Positions 1-24,700 of a stretch of 64,000 bases of DNA are shown in pieces. Under the pieces are notes generated by a model. The model was not told the origin of the DNA and made no database searches. It worked only from the letters and a program-made list of their open reading frames with translations. The stretch is from Klebsormidium nitens. Taxonomy: Eukaryota; Plantae; Klebsormidiophyceae. Position numbers and translations under genes: made by a program. The stretch lies in NCBI GenBank assembly GCA_000708835.1, contig DF237037.1, positions 62,001 to 126,000 on the forward strand, written 5' to 3'. The stretch's first letter is position 1. Each line of letters starts with the position of its first letter.

Positions 1-900
1 GCACTTGCAAGTTGCATTCGATTTTGAAGGAAACCTGGAAAGGAAGAGGACGGACGCTCCAGCCTCTAGGGTCTAGAGCTTAGTCTTGATTAAGTAGGAC
101 GATAAGTAACAGCATCTGCATTGGATCACGCTCATTGCTAGCAAAGCCCGGAAAGCCAAACTTCTGCTTAATGAGTTTGCACCAGCGAGTGCAAGGACCA
201 GTTCTGCATTTGAAACTGCAATTTTTGGTGACGGGTAAGTACAGCAAGCCGTTTGATATCAAGTTAGCCGCATCTTCTGGTCGTGTTTGGCATTTCTTTT
301 CTTTTGGTTGGGATTGGTCTTGGACAATGCTCACAGGTAAATTTCAAGGGTGTGACATTTGGAGCATCATGTAAGGCCTGTATTTTTTGGTATGTAATGC
401 TCGCATCAGATTGGCAGGTAAAAGGGACTATCCAAAGTCCTTGAGACATGGTTTTGCACCACCACATTAGTCTGGTTGCAACCAGCTGCGTAGCGCTTCC
501 TACTAGGTGGTTTGTGTGGCTGGCAGGCTTCGTATGCCCTTGTGGAAGCCTTGATGCACCACCTTCTGGTTGAAAGTGGATCGAGCTGGCCGTGACCACC
601 AACCACTGGTCCTGTTCATTGTTTTGCCGGTGGCATAGTGGAGGAATGGGCTTGCCACCATTTGGTGGCAGGAGAGCTTCAATGTGCAATCTTCGTGTGG
701 AGCAGCGCAAAAGCATTCCACATGCTCATGCTTAGACTCAAAGGGGAAAAGACGTCTGGCCCATTATGGTTCTTTCACCACTTCCATGCAGGAGTCAACA
801 TCAGTGCCAGGCAGACACTCGAAGGCAGCGCTAGAAACCTGTGAGCCTGCGCAGGCTCCTGGACAGGCCCATCGTTGCTCAGAAGACCTCCCCTGGTGAT
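1..900 (-). mobile_element. Possible highly degenerate Ty3/gypsy-like retroelement relic
   Basis: Stop-riddled minus frames contain weak echoes of integrase zinc-finger (GGHG...EACQPHK) and RNase H (PFTCQSDAS) motifs, and the DNA looks TG/CA-rich. Weak evidence; may be coincidence. Confidence 0.2.
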
Positions 901-991
901 GATTGACCACAGCAAGGCCCAGCAAGCGTGCTTTTAGAACTTAACCTCAAGGGCGCCAGAAGAAACGGGCGCGGGGCCTAGGTTAAAAGCG

Positions 992-8260
<7,269 letters not shown>

Positions 8261-11200
8261 CGGACAAGCGAAGGAACCGATACTTCTTAGACCGAGCCGA
8301 TCTGGCAAACGTCCCTGCGTTTATAGAGCAGTCTGGCTCGGGGCCGGACTTGCGGTGTTCTGGCTTCGATCTTCTGCTTACAAGCATACCAACGCCTTGC
8401 ACGCAGACACACTGGACCAGGCATGCATACGCCATCTGGCATGATCGTTGGCCATCGTTGGATGATGCACGGCGCTCTGGGCTGAGCTATGATCGACCGG
8501 CGCATATATGCATTCAATTTGCACTCTGCAATTAACGTTCTAGCAGCAGCCGCTCGAATGGACCGCATTCCAATATTTGCGCCAACACCGGAGATCTGGC
8601 AAGTCTAGCGGGCGGCTGAGTCTAGTGGTTGAAAGTTATAGCCATCCACATCTTTAAATATTCAAATGTTTATCAATATAAGCTAGGTGTCATGCCTGGG
8701 CGGCCCCCTAGAGTTCGGTTATATATATTTTGATCCGAGAGTGTGATCGCGAATGATCTTATGATACCAGCCGGCGGCCAGGCTTGATCACGCATGATGA
8801 AGTATAAATGATGACCTTGCCGGCCTTTGGCCCCCGGCTGGCCGCAGGTCCGACCTAGTACATATTGTCGGAACCGGCGAAGTACTGCAAGCTACGACGG
8901 TCGCCATCAATCATTTTAAACCCTTCCTTTGTGCTGGGGCCGCCAAAACAGTTGTCCAATCAAACAATGGAGAGACTCGTTTTCAGATTCGAAGAGCAAT
9001 CAGACGGGTTTGTACCATTCACTTTCAGCGAACCGGTTAGCAACTCTACGTACACATAGATGGTATATGCAGTCCCTGGACGAAGGACTCTTTTGGCGCC
9101 CGGCCAGCAAGCATAATCATCTTTTATTGAGGCTTCGTTTTTACCAGCTCTTCTAGCTTTGACTCCACAGCGGCTTCATCGAGCCCGTCCAGCCCTACCG
9201 CCTTCTCTTTTCCATAATCTGCACAGAAGAAGTAAGTCGGCCTTGTTACTAGCAGGTGAACATGATAATCCACATCATGCTGATTGGCAGCTCTACTTAT
9301 CTTGGAGTGTTGACGACAAGATCTTAATGACTGGGATGATTCATCATATTCTCACTCACAAAAGATTTGCATGAAGTGCTCACCGAGTCAAGCAGTCTAT
9401 CGCTCAATTCTCGTCACTCTTTAAGAGTAGCACAAGAACCGTAAGGCGAGTGACAAACAAAATCTTACCAAATCGAGCAAAGAGACGAGGTTGAACCCCA
9501 CTGCACTCCCGGATGAGAATCGGCAGCTGAGGGTTCTGGTTCTTAAGCTCTTGGTAGCGATGCGCAACAAAATCTCTGCATGAGTCAAAAGCGCGTCAGA
9601 TTGACAGAGGCATCGTAATCGACAAGGGGGCCGACCTGAAAAAGTGCTTGCTTGCGACATTCACTGAGTTCACAAGAAGCCTTCCCAACAAATGTCGCTT
9701 GCTTCCGTGTTTCACAGATCACACTAGGAGCCTTCCGCGACATCTCCACAGTAGGGTCTTCCCCCTTAACATTTCTGACCACTTTTCACAGATGTAGCAA
9801 CACATCTCACCTAACTCCCTTGCTGCTTGGCGAAGTTTGGCAGAGGTGGATCCGCAGCTCTTGAACGGTCTTCGATAAGGACGCCCGCCAAGCCATGTGG
9901 TTCAATCCTCTGCCCCCTCCTCAGAACTTGCCACCGATCCACAATCCAAATTGCAGACTGAGCGCAATCCAATCTGCACAAGACAAATGCACTTGATTGG
10001 AGCCTGTGTAGAAGTCTTTTACAAACAGGTTTTGGGTTGCGTACCCTGACCTAATGAGTCATGACACCCTGGTAGAGTTGAGTTTCTTTGGATGACATTT
10101 ATCAGGCAAGATTGGGGCAGCAACCACTTTCTGCACGGCACTTCTTTCTTGTTCAAATGCCGTGGCTACAAGCGTCTGGCAAAAAGGCTTGCAGGCAAGC
10201 AATTCTGGGGGCGCCCAACTTGTTAGAAATTGGCCCTTGCCGCGACAGATTTTTTAAAACAGCAACAGGTAGCCCATCTTTTCATGGAGTCACACGGTTG
10301 TCACCTTGTGACAAATGCAACTTTGCTTTCACCAGAAGGAGCAAGAGGGGAATGTGGAGACCTCCTGAAAGCTAAACGCTGAACGCTGAAAGCTGGATAC
10401 TCAAGCATCTGCTTATGTCGTGATTTCCTGATTTGTGAAATCAGATGCACCACAACAAGGTAGGATTTGGTGGTGCAATGTGGTCGATCAGTTTGGACCG
10501 GGGAAAGATAGCTGACTGCCTCAATACTTATCGAAGTCACCATTTATCGCCACTTTGACTTCAATTCCCATGCGGTTTTCGCTTCCCTGTCTCTTAGGGG
10601 GACGCATAAAAATCCACCAAAGCTTATCTTCCAGGTGCTGTTGCTTTGTACAATTGCCTAACAAAGGCTGCCCCCGTGATCCTTTGTCTAGTGTTTAGAT
10701 AACCATTCTCCAAAACAAGAACCAGATCAGCTTGATGTGCAGGAAATGAACGCCAATAAACAACTTTCAGGCTTCCATTTGCTGGCTTGGAAGGCACATC
10801 AATGCAACATTGCTGGAATGGAGAGGGCTCATGACGACTCACCTACAGAGCTTTGCTTTTGTCCTCTACTGTGGCACCCCGCATCTACACAGATACAGAT
10901 TGGAGTACAGATGTACCGAAAGAAGCCTCCACGATCCTGAGACCCTGTTTACCAAATCCTGGTAGCCTTTCACATCCGCCAAAGCTGCCACCAGAGGCGC
11001 CCTCAGCTGCTCTTCCAGAGTTGCGGTGATTGAATGCCCCCCCAATGGCCAAATGCAGAGGCAGCACCTTTCACAAAATAGGGTTTGACATGGTTTGACA
11101 TTTGCGGTTTTGGAAACAGAAAAAGACAAACCACCCCAACCCTAAAAGTGCAGACCTGTGACGTCAGCTCAGCATCATATGTGCGCCAGGGTGGCAACGG

Positions 11201-11764
11201 CTGAGGGTGGCAGCGACCAAACGCTACCTTTCGTACTGGCGTGGTCGCCGACTGTTCGCCGGCAAGGAGCCACAATCGACTTTCTTGAGCTTTCCAAATT
11301 TCCGAAGTTCTCCTTTCTACAGTACCTGGGTACCAGGGTGGTAGCTTCCAAATTTTAGCGCTTGCCCTCTCCAATTGGTCAATGTTAGGTACTATGGTAG
11401 GGTAACGCAAGCAGTGGGCAACCCATCTCTTGATGCGGGAGAGATCTCTGCCAATGGTAGGAAGCTGAAGGTTGATGGTTCAAGCAGGCTGCACTTTCAA
11501 TCTGATCAGACCGTCGGTGGAATCATTCATTGATGATTGAGGCGGCGGCGTCGTTAAAGAGAGGCGCTTGGGCGGTGCAAAACTTGCTTCTAGTTGGTTG
11601 AAAAGCAGCACTTGATCCTAATGCCTGTTCGGTGTTGAGCTCCTTCGTCCTTTGATCAGCTGAAAAGGGAGACCCTTTAGATCTTGACTGGTCCGGGGGA
11701 GGGGCAATCGAGGCCTTGCGGAAGGCACCTTCCTCTTACCTGGACTTAATCACTTGCCAGAAGT

Positions 11765-17311
<5,547 letters not shown>

Positions 17312-18602
17312 TTCAAAGGTATTGACATAGGTAGTGTTGCATAGGGGACCTACCACTGGATGCTGGGAAAAGCCCGAGGCGACTTGTAGTGGACAAAGCT
17401 CTCCGTTATGCAACATGCATTCAAGCTTCGTTGCAACTTTACGCCCGTTTCATTCAAACTCCTATCCCAGTTACTATGCCCTAAGGTACCTTCGATCAAC
17501 GTGTATGTCTGGCGGAAGCTTGCAAGGCTTTACATGGAAAGAAAGTCGATTCAGACCAACACATGAATTGCATGGACATCCCCGGCCCAGGGGTTTGTAG
17601 CCTATAGTAGCTAGGACGAAATATCCATTGCCCTAAGCAGCAGCGTGGGCCAACTCGAGATCGATTATGGCGGCTGCTTTTGCGCGAAAAGGGCGGCGGC
17701 GGCGTGTCTTCTTGCACCGAGCATAGGATTGAGATGCTAGTATCGTCTTCGAATCATTGGTCGATCTTAGCTGAAGTAGGCAATTCTGGTATACCTATAC
17801 CTATACCTATATGTACGTTAGGTATGCAGCATGCGCCTTGACGAATATAATTCGAGCCGTCTCGACTGAGGACTCTCTAGTCATGAGTCGACGGAGTACG
17901 TCACATTGTGGTGACGCGCCCGCGCGCGCCAGCCGGGTTTGCGGGCGGCCGCGGATAGCGTGGCTCTGCCGAAAATCATGCTGATCAACTGTGAAAAGCG
18001 CAAGCAGAAACTGAGAAAGCCTTTCGACTTCCAAGTTCACTGTTCAGGAGAAAGGCGTGATGTTGAACCAGAAAAGAATGTGCAAGCGGGAAGCCACATT
18101 GTTGTACGTCTTTGTATCTTCAACTGATGTTGATTGCATCTCCCATTGTGTAAATGGCTACATACAGTAAAGGGAGGCAGTGCACGATGATGTATCGCCC
18201 CGGGGTTTCCCCTCTTGCCATTGGTGGTAATTGCACTCCAAAGTTGTTTGCAGGAGCAATACATACCTAGCAAGCAGCTTCTTACTGGCACAGGCAAAAA
18301 CTGTAAGCAAGTCAGAGCTACCACTTGTTTTTCCTCTTGCTTAACCACCAAGCTTGATCTAGTTAATCACCACTGAGGCCCAATTCAATGGCAAGACATG
18401 AATCCAGTAATCCTGCAGCCTGTCGCAGTCAAGCATTCACCACGTTTGTGCAGCAACCGTGGTGGTAAAGTCTGAATGGTTAACTAGAGTCTTTGCGGTC
18501 AAATCAGAGATCCAGGCGCTCCAGCTGAGGCTCAGTCAGATGACAAGTCTCACGGCTAGACAACAGCTAGCTTGAGGGGAAAGGAGAAAGACTGTAAAAG
18601 GG

Positions 18603-21600
18603 ATGGAGGTTGAGGCTTTCAAGTTTCCTGGCTTTCATATCATTGGAGAAGTCTACTGCACGTCGCGCTCGGTGGTCTATCGGGCGCAGCGAGAGAAGGA
18701 CAACTCAAGGGTGGTTCTGAAGACCGTGCCGGCTGCGTTGGTGTCTCCGGCCACCAGAGCCAGGCTGCACAGGGAGTATGATGTCACCAAAGACCTGCAG
18801 GTGAGCTGACTCTGAAGAAGTATCCCCTCGAGCAGGTGTGCTGACACGTGCTTGCTTTTGCCCCGCAGATGTTCAGACGCCTGGGCTCCAACTTTCTTCA
18901 ACCAGCCTTGGTTACTAGTTTCTTGAACCAATTTCAGTAGAGCACTTCAAGAAGTGCTCTTTTCATTCATTGCTGTGCGCATTTGACGGAGGATGCCAAT
19001 GTGCGGAGGGCATCCACGACGCCCCTGATGGATGCGGGATGCACCAACGGGTTTTGATCTTTCGGAGATCGCTCTTCCCTGATTTCTGGCTCTAGCTCAA
19101 TCGGTTACAACAGCTAACTCCCAGCAGATGGAAGTTTTTGTCCTGCCCGGGGGCACCCATACGGCGTTTGAATTTTGGATTAGGCCGGAGTCGGACATTG
19201 GACGTTGAATTGAGTCACATCTGCCATACTACTCTCAGTCAAATATTAAGGCCTGTCCAACGAATATACCATTCACCTTTTCCTTCACCGTGCTGTGAGT
19301 TTTTCTCTCTCCCACCATAAAAACGTAACATAAAAGTACTTCTGAATTTAGTTAGCCACCGTTTCAAAAAGCGAGAAGTACCGGAAAATTTGTCCTGCCT
19401 GTCATTTGCCACCATTATGATGATGTAAATCACCAATTTTGTGATGAATATTTGATATGGAGCTTGCCCCATTGTGCTGACCAGGAATCCCCGTACATCG
19501 CACGCGCTTCTGAGCTTCTTGAGCATGGGGGCCAAACAGTTTTGGTATTGGAGGACCTGGGGGCCACGTCACTGGAGGCATATGCCGGCGGGGGCAAGCT
19601 GAGCGTCATTGATGCGCTCAGAGTGGGTATTGGTGTGGCCAGTGCGCTGGAGCATCTGCACAAGGCGGGGCTGATCCACAAAGATGTGAGTGGCAACATC
19701 ATTTGCTGGCACTGCGGGGCTGGAATGGGGGTCGGTCCATAGGCCTCTTTGGATCAGCAAAGAGACCTCCAACTATGGTCAGGTTTGTTGCTGGTCATGG
19801 GGGAAGACTCTGTCAAGCACATTATAGGAGCGAGGGAAACGTTCTGTGCATATAGAAAAAAGTTCTCAATGTGTCCAACAAGAGGGGGGGGCTTGGAAAC
19901 GAAGGCATGGTCGAATGGTCGTGACTAAAGCGCGTCCTGAGTTCAAGCCACGGATGACTGGCCTTGCATTGCGTAGGCGCCTCCTTATGGTTCTAATCAT
20001 GCTGACTTGCCTGTTGAAGGCCCCAATCGATCGTCAGCTTCTGTTAGAGTGAGGTGTAAGACGGTTGATGCGTACCGCGGACTTTTGGTGAAGCCATATT
20101 AGAGTTTGGGCAGGCGCTTTGTGAGTGGTCATGTAGCCTAGGACAAGGAGGGACTTTTCCTTACAGAATAACCACAGATACATCAACGAGCGGGTTACTA
20201 ATTGGCTAAGGCCCGAGATAGGTTAAGTCACAATAGTTCGAAACGTAATTCGCTTAAGGTTGGCATGTGCAGGTCAAGCCGGCCAACGTAATGGTCGCGG
20301 ATAACCTGGGGTTGGTCAAGCTAACCGACTTTTCCATCTCGAGCTGGCTCCCCGAGGAGAACCGCATGCTGATGCCCCCTGACGTCATGAAAGGCACCGC
20401 CGCATACATCAGCCCAGAACAGGTGCGGCGCTTGCAAGCACGCTTTCAAGAGCTCCCTTATCAAATTCATGTACTCGTTCGATAGCTGAGATATCCAAGT
20501 CATGCTCTGAAAGGAGGCAGTGGTCTGAATTCGTTTGCGGTTTAAAGATTTCGAAGTGGTTTACCTTTCGGATGAAGGTAAATATTCTCGTGGATAGGTG
20601 TGCACATTGGAGCACTTCAAGGACGTTGTTGCTAGCTTCTGTCAAACTTGGTTTTTGAGCGGCTTTCGTGCGTTCTGGTTCCTCCATATAGACTGACTAA
20701 ATGCAGTTTATTGCAAGGAAGAGTTACTTACGCTATTTCCTTTGGTGCCTACCATCTTGATTACCTGAGCCTCTGTCTGAGAACATAGGGCTCACAAGGT
20801 CCTTGACGCCCGAACGTTCCAACGGACGGATCAAAGATTATGATTTGGGAACGACGCTGAGCTTATCTCGAATACGACTTGGCACCTTACGAAGAAGAAC
20901 ACCGTCTGTAGAAACTTTCACCGGAAGCTGCGTTTTGAACATCGACTGCTGTGTAGCAAACGTTCTGTAACGGAGAAGCCGACATCTTGGCCTACTGTCT
21001 CCAGAACTGAGTTTCACAACAAGCGGACCGAAAGCAAGCCTCCCGAAACCAAAAGGTGCTGAACTCGCTCCAAATTTTTCACAGACGGGCCGTGTGAACC
21101 GCGCCGTCGACTTCCGGTCGGACCTCTACTCTCTCGGCGTGACACTGTACGAGCTCCTGACAGGACAACGCCCCTTCCGCGCCGAGGAACTTCAGCAACT
21201 CTTGTATCAGGTAAGCAGCCAATTATCGAACAGCTGGTGCGGGGACGTGGAAAAATGAGGTATCTGAACTGAGATTGCCAAGTCGCCACCGAGAGTGTCT
21301 CTTGACGGAGTTCCGAATACATGACCCGGGATGACCCTTTATTCGGCGATTCTTGTATGTGTTCTTCTCAGCCTTTTGGAAACCCCATTGCAACCTAGGA
21401 GCTACGTTGCTGCATTGAGCTCAGTTCTTCAAACCTGAAGGACCAGAATCCTATAACGCAAAAGGCCCTACATTTATTGCATCACCTATGGCGACCGACA
21501 AAGAAACTGCTTTCCTGCTTGTACCAGCACATCGCAGTGGTCCCGGTTGCCCCCGCCGCCGTCGACCCCGCCATTCCGGAAGTTGTTTCCAGCATTATGA

Positions 21601-21735
21601 TGAAGCTCCTGGTGAAGGACGCGGCAGGGCGGTATCAGACGGCCGCAGGGTTGCGGGCAGATTTGCAGACGTGTTTGGAGCAGCTGAACCGGGGGGAGGT
21701 GCGGGAGTTCCCGCTTGGCAGGGGGGATCACACTG
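18603..21735 (+). other. N-terminal Ser/Thr protein kinase domain of the hybrid kinase (exons 1-5)
   Basis: VVLK lysine, alphaC RLHREY, HKDVKPAN catalytic loop, TDFS, SPEQ, DLYSLG and the RYQTA arginine are all present. Confidence 0.9.
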
Positions 21736-24700
21736 GTGAGCTTCACGTCTTATTCCGGTAAAAAGATGGAGGAAGAGAGAGGGGACGGAGAGGAGAGGGA
21801 ACGATAAAAGTAGAGATGAACAAAGCAAGGGTAGGAAACGGACGGAGGACAGGAATTGGCGTCAAAGCTGCATGTAAAAGATGTTCCGTGCTGCTTTGGG
21901 AAGTTGTTTGGCAAACCAGCGAGAAGAGGCAAAAGTTCTCTCTATTTTCTGAGGAGTCCAGCTGACCTCTCGTGAACCTTGCTGGGCGAGACTATCATTG
22001 CTTGCTTTGGGTTGATTGCGGGTTCGTTATCTATCGCAGTGGGCCGTCATGGCTCTCGCAGAGTATCTCGTCCGGGTGTTTGGTCGGAATAACGTCATAA
22101 GGCACGGACGCTTACTGGGTAGGTCCGTCCTTCCACCGTCGTTGTACATCGAGCCTACGTCTGCAATCCTGTCCAACATTCAGAATCATCATAGTTCTGG
22201 GAGGTTCTAAATCTCCGATGCCGATTATTGCAGGGCGCCTGCGCACCCCGGCCCACGTGCTGCGAAATGCAACCTTTGGGAAGAGCTGACAGAGTACTTG
22301 GTTTCTGACCTGGTTAGAGTCGGCCGCAGGGCGCTGTGGTCCACCTGGCTCACGGTCTGTGAGTTGCAACTTCGATCAACTCTGACAAGAAGGCTAAAAT
22401 GTTAACATTACGCGTTGACATGCGCAGGGCGCTTGCGCACCCCCGCCCACGTACTGGGCCGCACCAACGAGGTGACGGCGCTACAGGCCAGCCTGGCGCG
22501 CGTTGCGAGCAACAAGACGCTGGAAGTCGTCTTCATAAGCGGATACAGCGGGATTGGGAAAACGGCGTTGGTCGAGGAACTGGCGCAAGTGAGCCCGCGC
22601 GGAAAGGCGGCGCTGGTGCAGGGCAAGTTCGACCAGTACAGCCGCGATATGCCGTTCAAGGGGATCATAATGGCCATGCAGGTGAGCGAGCTGCGGCAAG
22701 AGACACTAAGAACGATCGTCGTCTCTCTTTCCAACCTTAGCTAGTGGCCCTTACTTTCTGGGGAAGGGCAGGCCCTTGATTTGACCTAAAACTAGGGGTT
22801 TGGTTTGCGGACCTGCGAGGAGGTGCGAAGCTTGAATTGGTTGGTGCCTGCTGTTTCATCCTGTCAAAGCGAGAGCCTGACCCAATGTTTAGTCGGTCTG
22901 TTCGTGGGCACAAGAAAAATGGCGTTGATTGAGCTAGAACATTTGTTCAAAGGCAGACCCTTCTACTAGTCACGCACTCTCTTCACGTACCAAATACTGT
23001 ACCTCCGTAACCCGCCACAACGGCTTTGACGGGACGGACGGCCTTGAGCTTTTATTCTCGTTGAGGTGTTGCAAACTCACTGCTGACGTGGCCTAGCGTA
23101 GCAGCTTTGGTCTAAGCCTCAACGTAGAGCCTGCTGCAGCCTCAGGCGGTGCTGGGCGAGCCCTGGATACCAATTCAGTGCTCATGTGGCGCTGACGTGT
23201 TGCTGACGCGGCTATTTCGCTCGGTCTGCAGACCCTGCTGCAGGCGGTGCTGGGCGAGCCTGGGGTGACCATCCGGCGGTGGCGCGACCAGCTGTGCGCG
23301 GCGCTGGGCAAGAACGGGCGCCTCATGACGGACGTGCTGCCCGCGCTGGGGCACCTGATCGGGTCGCAGCCGGAAGTGCCGCACATGGATGCGACCCCGG
23401 CAGAGGCCAGGTCAGAGCCTGTCCGAATGCCTTTACTTTACCTTTTCTTCGGGTCTTAATATGATTCTCGGGGCTGATTAGCAAAGACGTGCTGCCCGCG
23501 CTGGGGCACCTGCTTGGGCCGCAGTTGGAAGTGCCGCACATGGATGCAACCCCGGCAGAGGCCAGGTCAGCGATTTTGAGTCGGGGGTTCCGAGCGTTTA
23601 GGTTGTGGAAGTGTCAGGTTTGTAGAATCATGAGGGACGTGCTGCCCGCTTCGGGGCGCCTGATTGGGCTGCAGCCAGAATTGCCGCACATGGATGCAAC
23701 CCCGGCCGAGGCTAGGTCAGCCACGTGGATGTCGTTGAGGTTTGAAGTCTGGCCTCTCGAATGTCTCATTTATAAACGTGTTTTTAAAGTTCCGCCAGCT
23801 TCTGAGCTGGAGCGCATGTTCACCCGCAGTGTTCGCCCGCAGCGTTCGCCCGGCCCTTATTTTACATGCAATCGACACCTATCTTCTGACTCACGCTCGT
23901 CCCACCCCGCAGGTTTCTCGAGACATTCGTGCGTCTCCTCCGCTGCTGCGCCCAGATGCGCGCGCCCCTCGTCCTCTTCCTGGACGACCTCCAGTGGGCT
24001 GACTCCCCCTCACTCCGCTTCCTGGAGGCGCTCACGCGCGACGGCGCCGGCGCGCCCCTGCTGCTGATCGGCGCCTACCGCAGCCCCGACGCCGACGAGC
24101 GCCACGCGCTCGCGCGCCTAGTTGCCGGGCTGGCGGAGCAGGAGGTGGTGCGGGTGGAGAAGATCGAACTGGGGCCGCTGCCGCTGGCGGATACGCAGGT
24201 TGGGAAGCAATATAATTGCTTCGAGGTCCTGAGATGCCGTTTGGATACCGTCCAAGAATGGTCGGAATGAGGGCGAGGCAACGCGTACTTGCACCTGGAT
24301 GTGCATCGCTTCGGTGCTGAGAAGAAAGGCACGTCCGCTGAAAGAGCAGGGTCCAACACGCACGGTGCTCCAGAGTTGGCGAAGCCCGCCAAGGGACAAC
24401 AGTTTGACGACTCGTATCTCAAAGCACACAGTCCCGATAGTCTTCAGCAGTCGTTGAATTCAACGCCTGGTGGTCTTTTTGTGCCTGCGCATTGAGCTCG
24501 TAAATGTGCAAACTGCTGTGTCAATCAACCTGAATGTCTACAACCCCAAACAAGTGAGCCATTTCCGCCCAGGCGCTAGTAGCTGCGTGCATCGGCGAGT
24601 ACAGCCCGTGAGTGACGGAGCGGGTGCAGCCGTGACGTGGCGGAGCGGGCGCTTTTGTTGTACTATAAGTATCGGACTCGTAATACGCACTTTTGAATAT

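Noticed and set aside
23331-23720. Tandem ~150-bp units as a CRISPR-like or repeat-protein array
   Set aside because: The units are copies of an exon end plus donor in a eukaryotic gene; there is no constant repeat/unique spacer structure and no cas genes.
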